The notes beneath the pieces are model-generated. The model saw only the letters and a list, made by a program, of their open reading frames with translations. It was not told the DNA's origin and made no database searches. Shown here piece after piece: positions 38,537-47,112 of a DNA stretch of 64,000 bases. This stretch comes from Dehalococcoidia bacterium (GTDB taxonomy: Bacteria > Chloroflexota > Dehalococcoidia > UBA2979). The position numbers and the translations under genes are program-made. Numbering within the stretch: the first letter of the stretch is position 1; each line of letters starts with the position of its first letter. The DNA lies in NCBI GenBank assembly GCA_036013055.1, contig DASCQM010000003.1, positions 71,360 through 135,359 of the forward strand, given 5' to 3'.

Positions 38537-39820
38537 ATGGCACAGAACGGCACGGATGCGAACGGGCGACGTCGCGTGGTCGTGACCGGTCTCGGCGTCG
38601 TCTGCCCGCTCGGCAACGACCTCGAGACGATGTGGTCGCAGTCGATCGCGGGAATCTCAGCCACCGGCCGGCTCTCGGTTGTCGACGCACTCGATGACCC
38701 CGACACCTACCCCTGCCAGGTCAGCGGCGAGGTGCAGGACTTCGACCCGACGCAATACCTCGACCGCAAGACCGCACGTCGGATGGCACGCTTTTCGCAA
38801 TTCGCGATCGCCGCGAGCAGCCAGGCGATCGCGCACGCCGGCCTCGACCTTGAGTCCGAAGACCGCGCGCGCATCGGCACGATCGTCGGCAACGGTGGCG
38901 GCGGACTGCCGAACACCGACCAGGCGATGCGCACGGTGTTGAAGCGCGGTGGCATGAAGGTCGACCCGCTCTTCATCGCGAAGATGCTGCCGAACATGGC
39001 CGCCGGCAACATCACAATCGAGTTCGGCCTGCAGGGCTACACGAACACCGCGACCACCGCCTGCGCCGCAGGCACGCAGGGCATCGGCGACGCGGCGGAG
39101 GTGATCCGGCGCGGCACCGCAGACGTCATGATCGCCGGCGGCTCGGAGGCCGGGATCAGCGAGATCGGACTCGCCGGCTTCGCCTCCATGCGCGCGCTCT
39201 CGACAGCGCACAACGACAACCCCGAGGCCTCGTCGCGGCCCTTCGACCGTGACCGCAGCGGGCTCGTGCCCGGCGAGGGCGGCGGCATGCTGGTCCTCGA
39301 GAGCCTCGACCACGCGCTCGCTCGTGGCGCCACGCCGCTGGCGGAGATCGCCGGCTACGGCGTCAGCGCCGACGCCACCTACCTCGTCGCGCCGCCCGAA
39401 GACGGCAGCGGCGCGGCTCGTGCGATGCGCACGGCGCTCGACGACGCGGGCCTGCCGCCGGAGGCCGTCGATGTCGTCTCCGCGCACGCCACCGCCACGC
39501 AGGTCGGCGACATCGCGGAGACCCACGCGCTGCACTCGGTCTTCGGCAAGCACGCCTACGACGTTCCGGTCACCGCGATGAAGTCGCAGATCGGCCACCT
39601 GCTCGGTGGGGCGGGCGGTGTGGAGACAGTCGCGGCGGTGCAAATGCTGCTGACGGGAACAATCCCGCCGACGGTGAACCTCGATAACCCCGACCCGGAG
39701 TGCGACCTCGACTACGTGCCGAACGAGGCGCGCAGCAGCGACGTTGCAGTCGTCATGAAGGACTCCTTCGGCTTTGGTGGGCAGAACGCGGTGCTGATCT
39801 TCAAGCGATACGAAGGCTAG
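38537..39820 (+). CDS. fabF: beta-ketoacyl-ACP synthase II
   Basis: RRVVVTGLGVV.PLGN, TACAAG (active-site Cys), HATATQVGD, KS.IGH.LGGAG and GFGGQN motifs. Confidence 0.92.
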   Translation: MAQNGTDANGRRRVVVTGLGVVCPLGNDLETMWSQSIAGISATGRLSVVDALDDPDTYPCQVSGEVQDFDPTQYLDRKTARRMARFSQFAIAASSQAIAHAGLDLESEDRARIGTIVGNGGGGLPNTDQAMRTVLKRGGMKVDPLFIAKMLPNMAAGNITIEFGLQGYTNTATTACAAGTQGIGDAAEVIRRGTADVMIAGGSEAGISEIGLAGFASMRALSTAHNDNPEASSRPFDRDRSGLVPGEGGGMLVLESLDHALARGATPLAEIAGYGVSADATYLVAPPEDGSGAARAMRTALDDAGLPPEAVDVVSAHATATQVGDIAETHALHSVFGKHAYDVPVTAMKSQIGHLLGGAGGVETVAAVQMLLTGTIPPTVNLDNPDPECDLDYVPNEARSSDVAVVMKDSFGFGGQNAVLIFKRYEG

Positions 39821-39824
39821 CGCG

Positions 39825-40355
39825 ATGCCAACAGCGATCCGAGTGATCTACGCGCTGGCGATCGGCGTCTTCGTGGTGCTCACCGTCGGCTTCGGCGGCG
39901 TCACCTTCTTCCCCGGCCCGGAATCACCCGACTTCGACACGGGCCCGCGCCCCGTTGCGACTGTCGACGACAAGGGCGTGCGTACTCTCCCGACCGAGGC
40001 TGAACTTGAAGCGCAAAGGGAACGGGACGACGCGTACGACGAATGGCGCGACGAACGAGACGCGCACCACCGTCGCATGCTGGCAGGGGTCGTCGTGGCG
40101 GGCGGGCTGTTGATCCTCGCGGGGGTCGCAGCGACGGCCCTCGTCGACGTGCTGCGCATCGGCTTCATGCTGGGCGGACTGTTCACCGTGCTCTGGGGGC
40201 TGGCCGCCTTCTCGGACGGCGTCGGCAGCGGCGCAAGATTCGCCGTCGCGCTGCTGACGCTGGCGGTGCTGGCCTCGCTGGCGCAGCCGGGTATCCGCAA
40301 GCGCGTGCGCAACGCGCTGCGCATTAGCGACTCGGACGACCTGCTACCGAGCTAA
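39825..40355 (+). CDS. hypothetical membrane protein (about 4 TM segments)
   Basis: Hydrophobic segments VIYALAIGVFVVLTVGFGGV, LAGVVVAGGLLILAGVAA, IGFMLGGLFTVLWGLAAF and FAVALLTLAVLASLA. Starts 4 nt after fabF. Confidence 0.6.
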   Translation: MPTAIRVIYALAIGVFVVLTVGFGGVTFFPGPESPDFDTGPRPVATVDDKGVRTLPTEAELEAQRERDDAYDEWRDERDAHHRRMLAGVVVAGGLLILAGVAATALVDVLRIGFMLGGLFTVLWGLAAFSDGVGSGARFAVALLTLAVLASLAQPGIRKRVRNALRISDSDDLLPS

Positions 40356-40395
40356 CGTCCACGCCGTCAGCAGCAGGCCTGGGCCGCAGTGTGCC

Positions 40396-40662
40396 TCAGG
40401 CGGCTGTGATGCCCTTCTCGTCGTCAGCCGTGATCGCCGGCAGCATCCCGTCGAGCATGATCTCCAGCGCCATCGTGTGCGCGCAGGTCGTGTTGTGGTC
40501 GAAGAACTCACACGAGCAACTCCATCGACCGTCGGCCAGACTGACCTCGTGAGAGTCGTTCTGACCACTCACCGTGACCGCCAGGGTCGCGAAACCGAAG
40601 CGGTCGCGTTCCTCGGCGTATCGGTGCGCCTTCGCCACTTTGCCGATCATCCCAGAGTGCAT
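40396..40662 (-). CDS. small SWIM zinc-finger protein
   Basis: CSCEFFDHNTTCAHTMAL matches the CxCxnCxH SWIM motif. ATG 40662 (GGAG 5 nt upstream) is preferred over the track start 40809. Confidence 0.6.
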   Translation of the reverse strand: MHSGMIGKVAKAHRYAEERDRFGFATLAVTVSGQNDSHEVSLADGRWSCSCEFFDHNTTCAHTMALEIMLDGMLPAITADDEKGITAA

Positions 40663-40842
40663 GGGATCTCCAATCGCCCGAGGGGAGAACGAGGGCACCC
40701 GGAACACAAAGACGCCGCGGTAAACCGCGGCGTTGCGTCGTGCTTCGGGTGAGAAGTTTCCATCGCAAGACTCCTTCTGGCAGGAGACTAGACCTCCGTA
40801 CGATCGCACGTCAACGGACGGTGGCAGGACCTTCGGACCTTG

Positions 40843-41451
40843 TCAGCCAGACGGAAGATCTCCCCCGCCCGTACGCGTCAGCGCGGTGTATGTCGGACCG
40901 TCGTTGCCGAGGTCGGATCGCACGAGCGCGACGCCCCTCGCGCGGAACTCCGACGCGGCCGTCACGGCCGGAGGAGCGACCGATGCGACCGCCTCCGCGA
41001 TCGCTCGGCGCTCCGTGCGCGACGCCCGACGGTGCACGCGCGCGAGCGTGACGTGCGGCCGAAAGTCGCGCTCATCGGCTCTCACGCCGCTGCTCACAAC
41101 GGCGCTCTCGACCGAAGCCGCGAGCCTCGCGAGCCCGCTTTCGTCACCGTCGATGCCGAGCCACACCACCTGCGTGCGTCCGGCTGGACCGAACGTGCCG
41201 GCAGCCGTCAACGCGAGGGCAACATCGATCGGCTTGGTGACAGCCATTGCGTCGAGCGCTTCGCTGATCGTGGTGGCACGCTGCTGATCGACCTCGCCGA
41301 TGAAGCGCAGCGTCAGGTGCAGTAGCGACGGGTCGACCCAGCGCAGACGTGCGCGGGCGTCGTCGTCGAGCCCGCCCTCGATCTCGCGTCGGACGCTGCG
41401 GGCGGCATCCCGCCACGCCTCGGGCAACTCGATCGCGACAAAGACGCGCAT
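40843..41451 (-). CDS. thpR: RNA 2',3'-cyclic phosphodiesterase (2H family, ThpR/LigT)
   Basis: Two HxTL motifs (HLTLRFIG and HVTLARV) after MRVFVAIELP. Confidence 0.85.
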   Translation of the reverse strand: MRVFVAIELPEAWRDAARSVRREIEGGLDDDARARLRWVDPSLLHLTLRFIGEVDQQRATTISEALDAMAVTKPIDVALALTAAGTFGPAGRTQVVWLGIDGDESGLARLAASVESAVVSSGVRADERDFRPHVTLARVHRRASRTERRAIAEAVASVAPPAVTAASEFRARGVALVRSDLGNDGPTYTALTRTGGGDLPSG

Positions 41452-41468
41452 CGGACGCTCCGGTCCGC

Positions 41469-42326
41469 CTAGAGCGAGAGGAAGCGCTCGGCATTCGCGC
41501 CGAGCACGGCCGCGCGGTCGGCGTCACCGTCGATCGCCGCTTCGACAGCAGCGCGGTCGCGCGCCTGGTCGCGCAGCGGGTAGTCGGAGCCCCAGAGCAC
41601 GTGCTCGCTGCCGACGAGCGCGAGCGACTGCGCAAAGACGGCGGGGTCGTAGAGTAGTGGCGACGCGGCGCTGTCGAAGGCGAGCCGGCCGCTGGCGAGC
41701 ACCGCTCGCACCTCCGGCATCAGCGCGTAGAACGGGAAGCCGCCGCCCCAGTGACCCGCGATCACGCGCGAGCGCGGGTCGGTACAGGACTCGATCAGTT
41801 GCCAGAGCGCGCCCGGCGTGTAGCCGCCCGATTTCCCGGGATACTGGTGCCCGACCTCTTCCGAGGAATGAAGGAGCAGCGGCAGCTCCAGGTCGCCGGT
41901 TGCGCGCGTCAGCATCGCGGTCAGCGCCTCGTCGACGGGGGCTCCGGCCGCCTCATCGCCCGGACGTACTTCGCCGAGGCCGCGTGCTCCGCCTTCGAGG
42001 AGCGTGCGCAGCGCTGCGTCGTCGGTCGCGGCCGTGACAGGAACGAACGGCACGATGCGGCCAGCCGACGCCGCAGCAACCTCCAGCAGGTAACTCGCGT
42101 GCTCCTCGGCGGTCGCAGCGTCGCCCCACCAGAAGCCTGCGGCGAACGAAACGTCGACGCCCGCGCTATCCATCGACGCCAACAGATCCTCGGCCGTGGC
42201 CATGCGCGCACGCGGCTCGCGGTACATCTCACCGAACGCGTCGTCAGACGCGGCGAGTCGCTCCCGCTCCTCGATCAGGCGCGGTGGGAAGATGTGGGTA
42301 TGGACATCGACGATCATCCGGGGCAT
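41469..42326 (-). CDS. amidohydrolase-family metal-dependent hydrolase
   Basis: MIVDVHTHIFP is the N-terminal metal ligand motif. Also WGSDYP. The start (42326 or 42317) is uncertain. Confidence 0.8.
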   Translation of the reverse strand: MPRMIVDVHTHIFPPRLIEERERLAASDDAFGEMYREPRARMATAEDLLASMDSAGVDVSFAAGFWWGDAATAEEHASYLLEVAAASAGRIVPFVPVTAATDDAALRTLLEGGARGLGEVRPGDEAAGAPVDEALTAMLTRATGDLELPLLLHSSEEVGHQYPGKSGGYTPGALWQLIESCTDPRSRVIAGHWGGGFPFYALMPEVRAVLASGRLAFDSAASPLLYDPAVFAQSLALVGSEHVLWGSDYPLRDQARDRAAVEAAIDGDADRAAVLGANAERFLSL

Positions 42327-42406
42327 CGTAACTACCAGACGCACTCAAGTGCGCGCTAACCCTGGCGGGGTTAGAGGCTGCCGGCCCGTCCAATCGGCAG
42401 TAGGCC

Positions 42407-43006
42407 GTGCGCAACGCGGCACAGGTACCCATGCCAGCTCCCCACGACCCAGCCACGCGGCGCTACCTGCGCAACGCCACGGCCGTCTCCGTGCTGTTCG
42501 CCGCTGCGATCGCCCTGCTCTGGATGCAGCCCCCGGCTGCGTTCGAGGCCGGCGAGGAGACCCTCGCGTGGCTGCGCAACGGCACCGATTCCAGCCGCGC
42601 GATCGCGACGACGGCACTGGTTGCGACGTCTGGACTGGCGTACGTCGTCGCATGGGCGCTCGCCAGTTCTCCACGCCGCCCGCTGCGGCTGCCCGCGAAC
42701 CGTGGCACCATCACCGTCGATGAAGTCGCTCGCCGCCTCCGCGCGCTGCTGCTTGACAACGTCGACGTGCTCGACGCGGGCGTACGCGTCGACAATCTGC
42801 ACGGGCGCGGCGTCGGAGTCGATGTGGCGCTCACGGTGACGGCGCACGCGCGCCTCGCTAAGACGTCGGAGGCTTCGACGATGGCGATCGAGCGGTATCT
42901 TGGCGATATCGACCTCGCGCTCGCGGGGCCCGTCCAGCTCGCCGTGAGCTACGAGGAACTGATCCTGAACGCACCGCAGAGGAGACGCACGATCGATGCC
43001 GCCTGA
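42407..43006 (+). CDS. hypothetical membrane-anchored protein (Asp23/AmaP-like architecture, tentative)
   Basis: Two hydrophobic helices are followed by a soluble domain (TITVDEVARRLRALLLDNVDVLDAGVRVD). The family assignment is a guess. Confidence 0.5.
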   Translation: MRNAAQVPMPAPHDPATRRYLRNATAVSVLFAAAIALLWMQPPAAFEAGEETLAWLRNGTDSSRAIATTALVATSGLAYVVAWALASSPRRPLRLPANRGTITVDEVARRLRALLLDNVDVLDAGVRVDNLHGRGVGVDVALTVTAHARLAKTSEASTMAIERYLGDIDLALAGPVQLAVSYEELILNAPQRRRTIDAA

Positions 43007-43757
43007 TTCAGCCGCCGACGAGATCGCCATCGACGAGATCGAGAGCGGCCTCCCGGCCCCCTCCGACGAGCTGCTGCCAAACGTCGTTGAGGCGCTGGTC
43101 TTCGTATCTGAGGATCCGGTTCCACCGGCGCTGCTCGCGCGCACTCTGGGCGTCTCACGTCGGATGATCGACATCGCGCTCGATGCGATCGCCGAGTCAT
43201 TGAGCGAGCGAGGGCTGCGCCTCCAAATCGGACCGGATGGCGCGCAGATCATCACCGCGCCTGAGGCGTCGCGGTACGTCGAATACTTCCTCGGACTCGA
43301 GGCACAACGGCGACTCTCGAACGCCGCGCTGGAGACGCTGGCGATCGTCGCGTACCAGCAGCCGGTGACGCGCGCGACGGTCGACACGATTCGCGGCGTG
43401 AGCAGCGACGGCTCAATCGCCACGCTGCGTGCGCGCGGACTGATCGAGGACTCTGGCCGCGCGCCCGGCCCCGGTCGCGCCAGGCTCTTCGTCACCACCC
43501 AGCGATTCCTCGAGCACTTCGGCCTCGAACGCCCGCAGGACCTCCCGCCGCTCGATGTGCTGGCACCGCTGCCACCGCCCGATGCGCCCGAGCCACTCGA
43601 GGGCATGGGGGCCACCGCGTCGGAACCGGACGCCAGCACAACCACCGACGAGACAGCAACCGACGAAGCCACCGATGAGGCCATCGACGAGGCCATCGAC
43701 GAGGCCGCTGACCCCTCGACCCAGTCCGAGAGCGACGCGGCACCCGCCAGCTTCTAG
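42996..43757 (+). CDS. scpB: segregation and condensation protein B
   Basis: VEALVFVSEDPV....LA..LGVS, LSNAALETLAIVAYQQPVTRA..D.IRGV, and GRAPGPGRA.LF.TT..FLE.FGL motifs. Confidence 0.88.
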   Translation: MPPDSAADEIAIDEIESGLPAPSDELLPNVVEALVFVSEDPVPPALLARTLGVSRRMIDIALDAIAESLSERGLRLQIGPDGAQIITAPEASRYVEYFLGLEAQRRLSNAALETLAIVAYQQPVTRATVDTIRGVSSDGSIATLRARGLIEDSGRAPGPGRARLFVTTQRFLEHFGLERPQDLPPLDVLAPLPPPDAPEPLEGMGATASEPDASTTTDETATDEATDEAIDEAIDEAADPSTQSESDAAPASF

Positions 43758-43768
43758 GCGACGCGGCG

Positions 43769-44074
43769 ATGCTCACCGTCAGCGTCGTCGTCACACTGCG
43801 ACTGATCGAGACGCACAGCCTGAAGGAAAAGCGCGCCGTGGTGCGCTCGCTCGTCGAACGCCTGCGCACGCGGCATCGGCTCGCGGCCGCGGAGGTCGGA
43901 CTTCAGGACGACGTGCGGCAGGCGGAGATCGGGTTCGCCGCCGTCTCGGGCGAGGCAGCAACGGCGCGCGCTCAGATCGAGGATGCCCTGCACTTCATCG
44001 ATGACCACGTGATCGGGCGGGCGGACGTGATCGAGACTCGCATCGATGAATTCGCCCCTGGCGATGAGCGGTAG
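43769..44074 (+). CDS. DUF503-family protein (YlxP-like)
   Basis: L.....HSLKEKR.VV.SL..RLR.......AEVG.QD....A..G.A.VS is the DUF503 pattern. Confidence 0.8.
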   Translation: MLTVSVVVTLRLIETHSLKEKRAVVRSLVERLRTRHRLAAAEVGLQDDVRQAEIGFAAVSGEAATARAQIEDALHFIDDHVIGRADVIETRIDEFAPGDER

Positions 44075-44123
44075 GGGCCGCGAACGGGGCCGTTCGCCAG
44101 TGTGCGCACATACCAAAGGCGCA

Positions 44124-44169
44124 ACACAGAGAAAGACGGAAGGCACCCAGAGGGGTGGGCACCTTCCGT
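44124..44169 (-). terminator. intrinsic terminator for the 44-aa ORF
   Basis: On the minus-strand RNA: GACGGAAGG-(UGCCCACCCCUCUGGGUG)-CCUUCCGUC followed by UUUCUCUGUG. The inner part can extend the stem. Confidence 0.55.
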
Positions 44170-44203
44170 CAGTCTGATCGGCCCGCTGGGCCTCTAGCCG
44201 AAG

Positions 44204-44338
44204 CTAGAACTGGTACAGCGGCGGTGAGACGCTTCGCTCGATCTCGACGAGATCACGGCGCGCCTCGGCAATGCTCAGTTCGCGTACCCGACCGGCTGCA
44301 AGCAGCGCGTTGTAGTACGTGTTAACGCTCAATGTCAT
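44204..44338 (-). CDS. 44-aa hypothetical small protein
   Basis: ATG 44338 is preceded by GGGGAGG with a 7-nt spacer. Translation: MTLSVNTYYNALLAAGRVRELSIAEARRDLVEIERSVSPPLYQF. It has its own terminator. The longer track ORF (to 44458) runs into the AT-rich spacer. Confidence 0.5.
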   Translation of the reverse strand: MTLSVNTYYNALLAAGRVRELSIAEARRDLVEIERSVSPPLYQF

Positions 44339-44429
44339 CCTGGGGCCTCCCCATCTCTCCCTTGCCTGGGCCTTCACCCTCGACTGGGAGCTTCGTGTGG
44401 AAACGGGCTTTGTGAAATCCCGCACTTGT

Positions 44430-44467
44430 ACTATCGCGTATCTGAGACTCGATAACAAGTACTTGTT
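44430..44467 (-). promoter_or_regulatory. perfect 14-bp palindrome AACAAGTACTTGTT (44454..44467) overlapping candidate promoter TTGTTA-17 nt-GATAGT
   Basis: The palindrome was read directly. On the minus strand, TTGTTA (44458-44453) lies 17 nt from GATAGT (44435-44430). A second GTAC-centred sequence, ACTTGTACT (44424-44432), overlaps the -10/+1. Confidence 0.4.
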
Positions 44468-44634
44468 GTCACAATCACATTACGTTTGTCTGACGAGGTT
44501 TTGGAGACCTGTTCGTCAAATTCGTCTTTCTGATGGTCCTGCAGGTAGTTGCCCAGACTGACGAGGGTCAGACCATGCGACCAGAAGCAGCTGGCATCCG
44601 ATGAAGTGAGCGAGCGTGACTGAGTCTGGCCGTG

Positions 44635-45456
44635 CTACTCGCTGGCCTTGGATACGATCAGCGTAACGTCGTCGTCCGAGGTGATTGCGGCCCCGGGATC
44701 TGGCGCCTGTGCGAAGACCTCACCGACCACAACGTCCGACTTCTCGACCTCGATCACGATGAAGCGCAGGCCGAGTTGCGTGAGCAGCGCCTCCGCCGTG
44801 GCGAGATCGACGCCGATGAAGTTGGGCGTCTCGCCAACGTCGAACGGCGGCACCGCCGCTGAGGCTGTCGCGCTGGCCGCGGCATCCGTGGTCGGCGTCT
44901 CGCTCGCGACTGGCGAGGCCGACGTCGGAGGTTGGATTGCGGGGATCCCGCTCTCATCGCCGCCACCCAGTCTGGTGAACGCGAAGGCAGCCGCCGCGAC
45001 GATCACGACCACCGCAAGGACCGCAGCGATCACCGGGAGGTTCAACATCGGCAGCCCGAGGCCGGATCCGCGCCGCAGCCCGGCGATCGGCTCCAGCCCC
45101 TGCGGTGACGGCAGATCTGCGGGCAGCAGCGACATCGCCGCGTCCTCGTCGAGGCCGAGGTGCCGGGCGTACGCGCGGAGGAAGCCACGGGCGTAGACCG
45201 GGGCGGGCAGCAACTCGTACTGCTCGCGCTCGAGTGCTTCCAGGTAGTCGCGGTTGATGCGGGTGTCTCGCTCGGCATCGGCCAGCGTCAGTGCGCGCGC
45301 GCGGCGCGCCTCAAGCAGCAGCGTGCCGAGCGTGACGTCGTCGACGTCGCTGCCCGGACCATCGGAGTCCGGAGCGACAGCATCCGACGCGGCAGAGCCC
45401 AGCGCCCCGCCGTCGCCGTCGTCGCCGTCGGCCTCGGGAGGTCGGGGGCCGGTCAT
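44635..45456 (-). CDS. RodZ-like HTH membrane protein with extracellular PASTA domain
   Basis: The RodZ-type N-domain is LGTLLLEARRARALTLADAERDTRINRDYLEALEREQYELLPAPVYARGFLRAYARHLGLD. The TM helix is LPVIAAVLAVVVIVAAAAFAF. The C-terminus PNFIGVDLATAEALLTQLGLRFIVIEVE..VVVGEVFAQAPDPG......DVTLIVS is PASTA-like. Confidence 0.7.
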   Translation of the reverse strand: MTGPRPPEADGDDGDGGALGSAASDAVAPDSDGPGSDVDDVTLGTLLLEARRARALTLADAERDTRINRDYLEALEREQYELLPAPVYARGFLRAYARHLGLDEDAAMSLLPADLPSPQGLEPIAGLRRGSGLGLPMLNLPVIAAVLAVVVIVAAAAFAFTRLGGGDESGIPAIQPPTSASPVASETPTTDAAASATASAAVPPFDVGETPNFIGVDLATAEALLTQLGLRFIVIEVEKSDVVVGEVFAQAPDPGAAITSDDDVTLIVSKASE

Positions 45457-46514
45457 CAGATCGCGTCGACGCCCGGGAACTCGACGAGCGACTTCAGCCC
45501 GTTCATCGCCAGTCGTGACGTGTAGGCATCCGGCGAGTGCTCGATGTCGTAACGGTTCGTGGCAACGTCTGCCATCTGCTCGATCGCGCCGATCATCGCC
45601 AGTGTGCGGCGATACTGATCCGTCGTCGCGTTCTGCGAGCCGCTGAGCACGACCTCGCTGTAGTGGATGAAATTCGGGTCGAACGGCACCGGGTCGCTGC
45701 CCGCCGGGAACCCGGCGAAGAGATTGACGATCCCCTGCTTACGCACGAGGTCGAGCGAGGGCTGCACGAGCGCCGGAACGCCGACGGTCAGCACCACCGC
45801 GTCCGCGCCGTAGCCATCGGTGATCCCGCGCGTCGCTGCCGGTACGTCGTCGCTCTCCGGGTCGAGCACCAGATCCGCGCCCCAGCGTGCGGCGATCTCG
45901 CGCCGCTCGGCGACCGGTTCGCTGACGATGATCGGAGCCGCGCCAGCCGCGCGGGCGAGCAGCAGGTGCAGCAGCCCCATCGGGCCGGCACCGACGATTG
46001 CCAGCGATGTGCCGGGCACGACCTCGCAGAGCTCGATCGAGTTCAGCGTGCAGGCCGTCGGCTCGGTCAGGGCCGCGACGTCCATCGGCAGCTGGTCGGG
46101 CATCTTCAGCACGTGGCCGAGGCTCACCAGCTCTTCCGGGATCAACAGGTGCTGCGCGAACCCGCCATCGAGGTCATAGCCGAGCGTGCGACGCGAGACG
46201 CAGCGGTTGCGCTTGCCGATCAGGCAGTAGCGGCAGTGCCCGCAGGCGAGGATCGGGCAGATGATCACGCGGTCGCCCTCCGCGAAGCCCTCAACGCCAT
46301 CGCCGATGGCATCGATCACGCCGGCGATCTCGTGGCCGGGAATCACGCCCGCATCGGCGTGCTTCTCACCGCGATAGACGCGCACATCGGAGGCGCAGAG
46401 CGAGGCGGCGGCCACGGCCATGCGCAGCTCTCCGGGGCCGGGTTCCGGCAGCGGTCGATCCTCCACCGTCACGTCGCCGGGGGCGTTGAAGATCGTCGCG
46501 CGCATCGATGCCAT
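45456..46514 (-). CDS. zinc-dependent alcohol/polyol dehydrogenase (MDR family)
   Basis: CASDV..Y.G......IPGHE.AG (catalytic Zn), the structural Zn cysteines C..C..C.......C, and GAGPMGLL (Rossmann fold). Confidence 0.88.
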   Translation of the reverse strand: MASMRATIFNAPGDVTVEDRPLPEPGPGELRMAVAAASLCASDVRVYRGEKHADAGVIPGHEIAGVIDAIGDGVEGFAEGDRVIICPILACGHCRYCLIGKRNRCVSRRTLGYDLDGGFAQHLLIPEELVSLGHVLKMPDQLPMDVAALTEPTACTLNSIELCEVVPGTSLAIVGAGPMGLLHLLLARAAGAAPIIVSEPVAERREIAARWGADLVLDPESDDVPAATRGITDGYGADAVVLTVGVPALVQPSLDLVRKQGIVNLFAGFPAGSDPVPFDPNFIHYSEVVLSGSQNATTDQYRRTLAMIGAIEQMADVATNRYDIEHSPDAYTSRLAMNGLKSLVEFPGVDAI

Positions 46515-46738
46515 GAGCAGTCCCGCCTGTGCACTGGGCCCTCAGCCGCCGGACGGCACCAGCCGGCAGCGGATCAGGGCGTTGGGGTCGAACCGGAGTA
46601 TCGCGCGGCACGACGCGCTGTGCCAGAAGGACGCACGGCGTCGGAAGGATGCGTTGCGCCGAAAGTCAGCGCACGAACAGTAGACGTGCGGAAAGAGGCA
46701 ACGAGTCGGAGGGCGTGGGGAAGAAGAGCGGCGTGAGC

Positions 46739-47008
46739 CTAGCTCGCGGCCTGCATCGCCTTCAGCGCCTTCGCGAGGCGTGACTTGCGTCGTGACGCGG
46801 AGTTGCGATGGATGATGTTGTGACGAACGGCGGAATCCAGGGCGGACTGTGCTTCGCGAACGGCATCGGCGGCGGCAGCGTCGCCATCCTCGATCGCCTC
46901 GCGAGCGCCGCGCAGGGCGTGCGTGAGCTGCGTGCGAACCGGACGGTTGCGCGACGCGCGGCGGATGTGTTGCCGAGCGCGCTTCTTTGCGGAGACGGTA
47001 ATGGGCAT
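46739..47008 (-). CDS. rpsT: 30S ribosomal protein S20
   Basis: SAKKRARQ...R...NR..R..L......A, and IIHRN.ASR.KSRL motifs. Confidence 0.93.
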   Translation of the reverse strand: MPITVSAKKRARQHIRRASRNRPVRTQLTHALRGAREAIEDGDAAAADAVREAQSALDSAVRHNIIHRNSASRRKSRLAKALKAMQAAS

Positions 47009-47112
47009 CGATATCTCTCAGCTGCCGAAATATCGTAGCGCCCTCGCGCGCCAGATGCACCCCGGGGCTAGACTTCCGCTCAGGACACCCGGCGACGCAG
47101 CAGGAACGCCCC

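Noticed and set aside
42371-43696. Very long antisense ORFs in the six-frame track. Examples: 42371..43696(-), 37107..38690(-), 46542..47522(-), 35242..36267(-), 5361..6167(+), 20380..21486(+), 24179-antisense 23909..25042(+), 56398..57636(-) and 47478..48752(+).
   Set aside because: They lie opposite or out of frame to genes with unmistakable family motifs. They are dominated by Arg/Pro/Ala/Gly/Ser, as expected for stop-poor shadow frames in high-GC DNA, and they lack SDs.
44490-44568. Two CUGACGAG motifs resembling the hammerhead ribozyme CUGANGA core.
   Set aside because: No GAAA core segment follows a plausible stem II in either copy, and no cleavage-site helix arrangement could be built.
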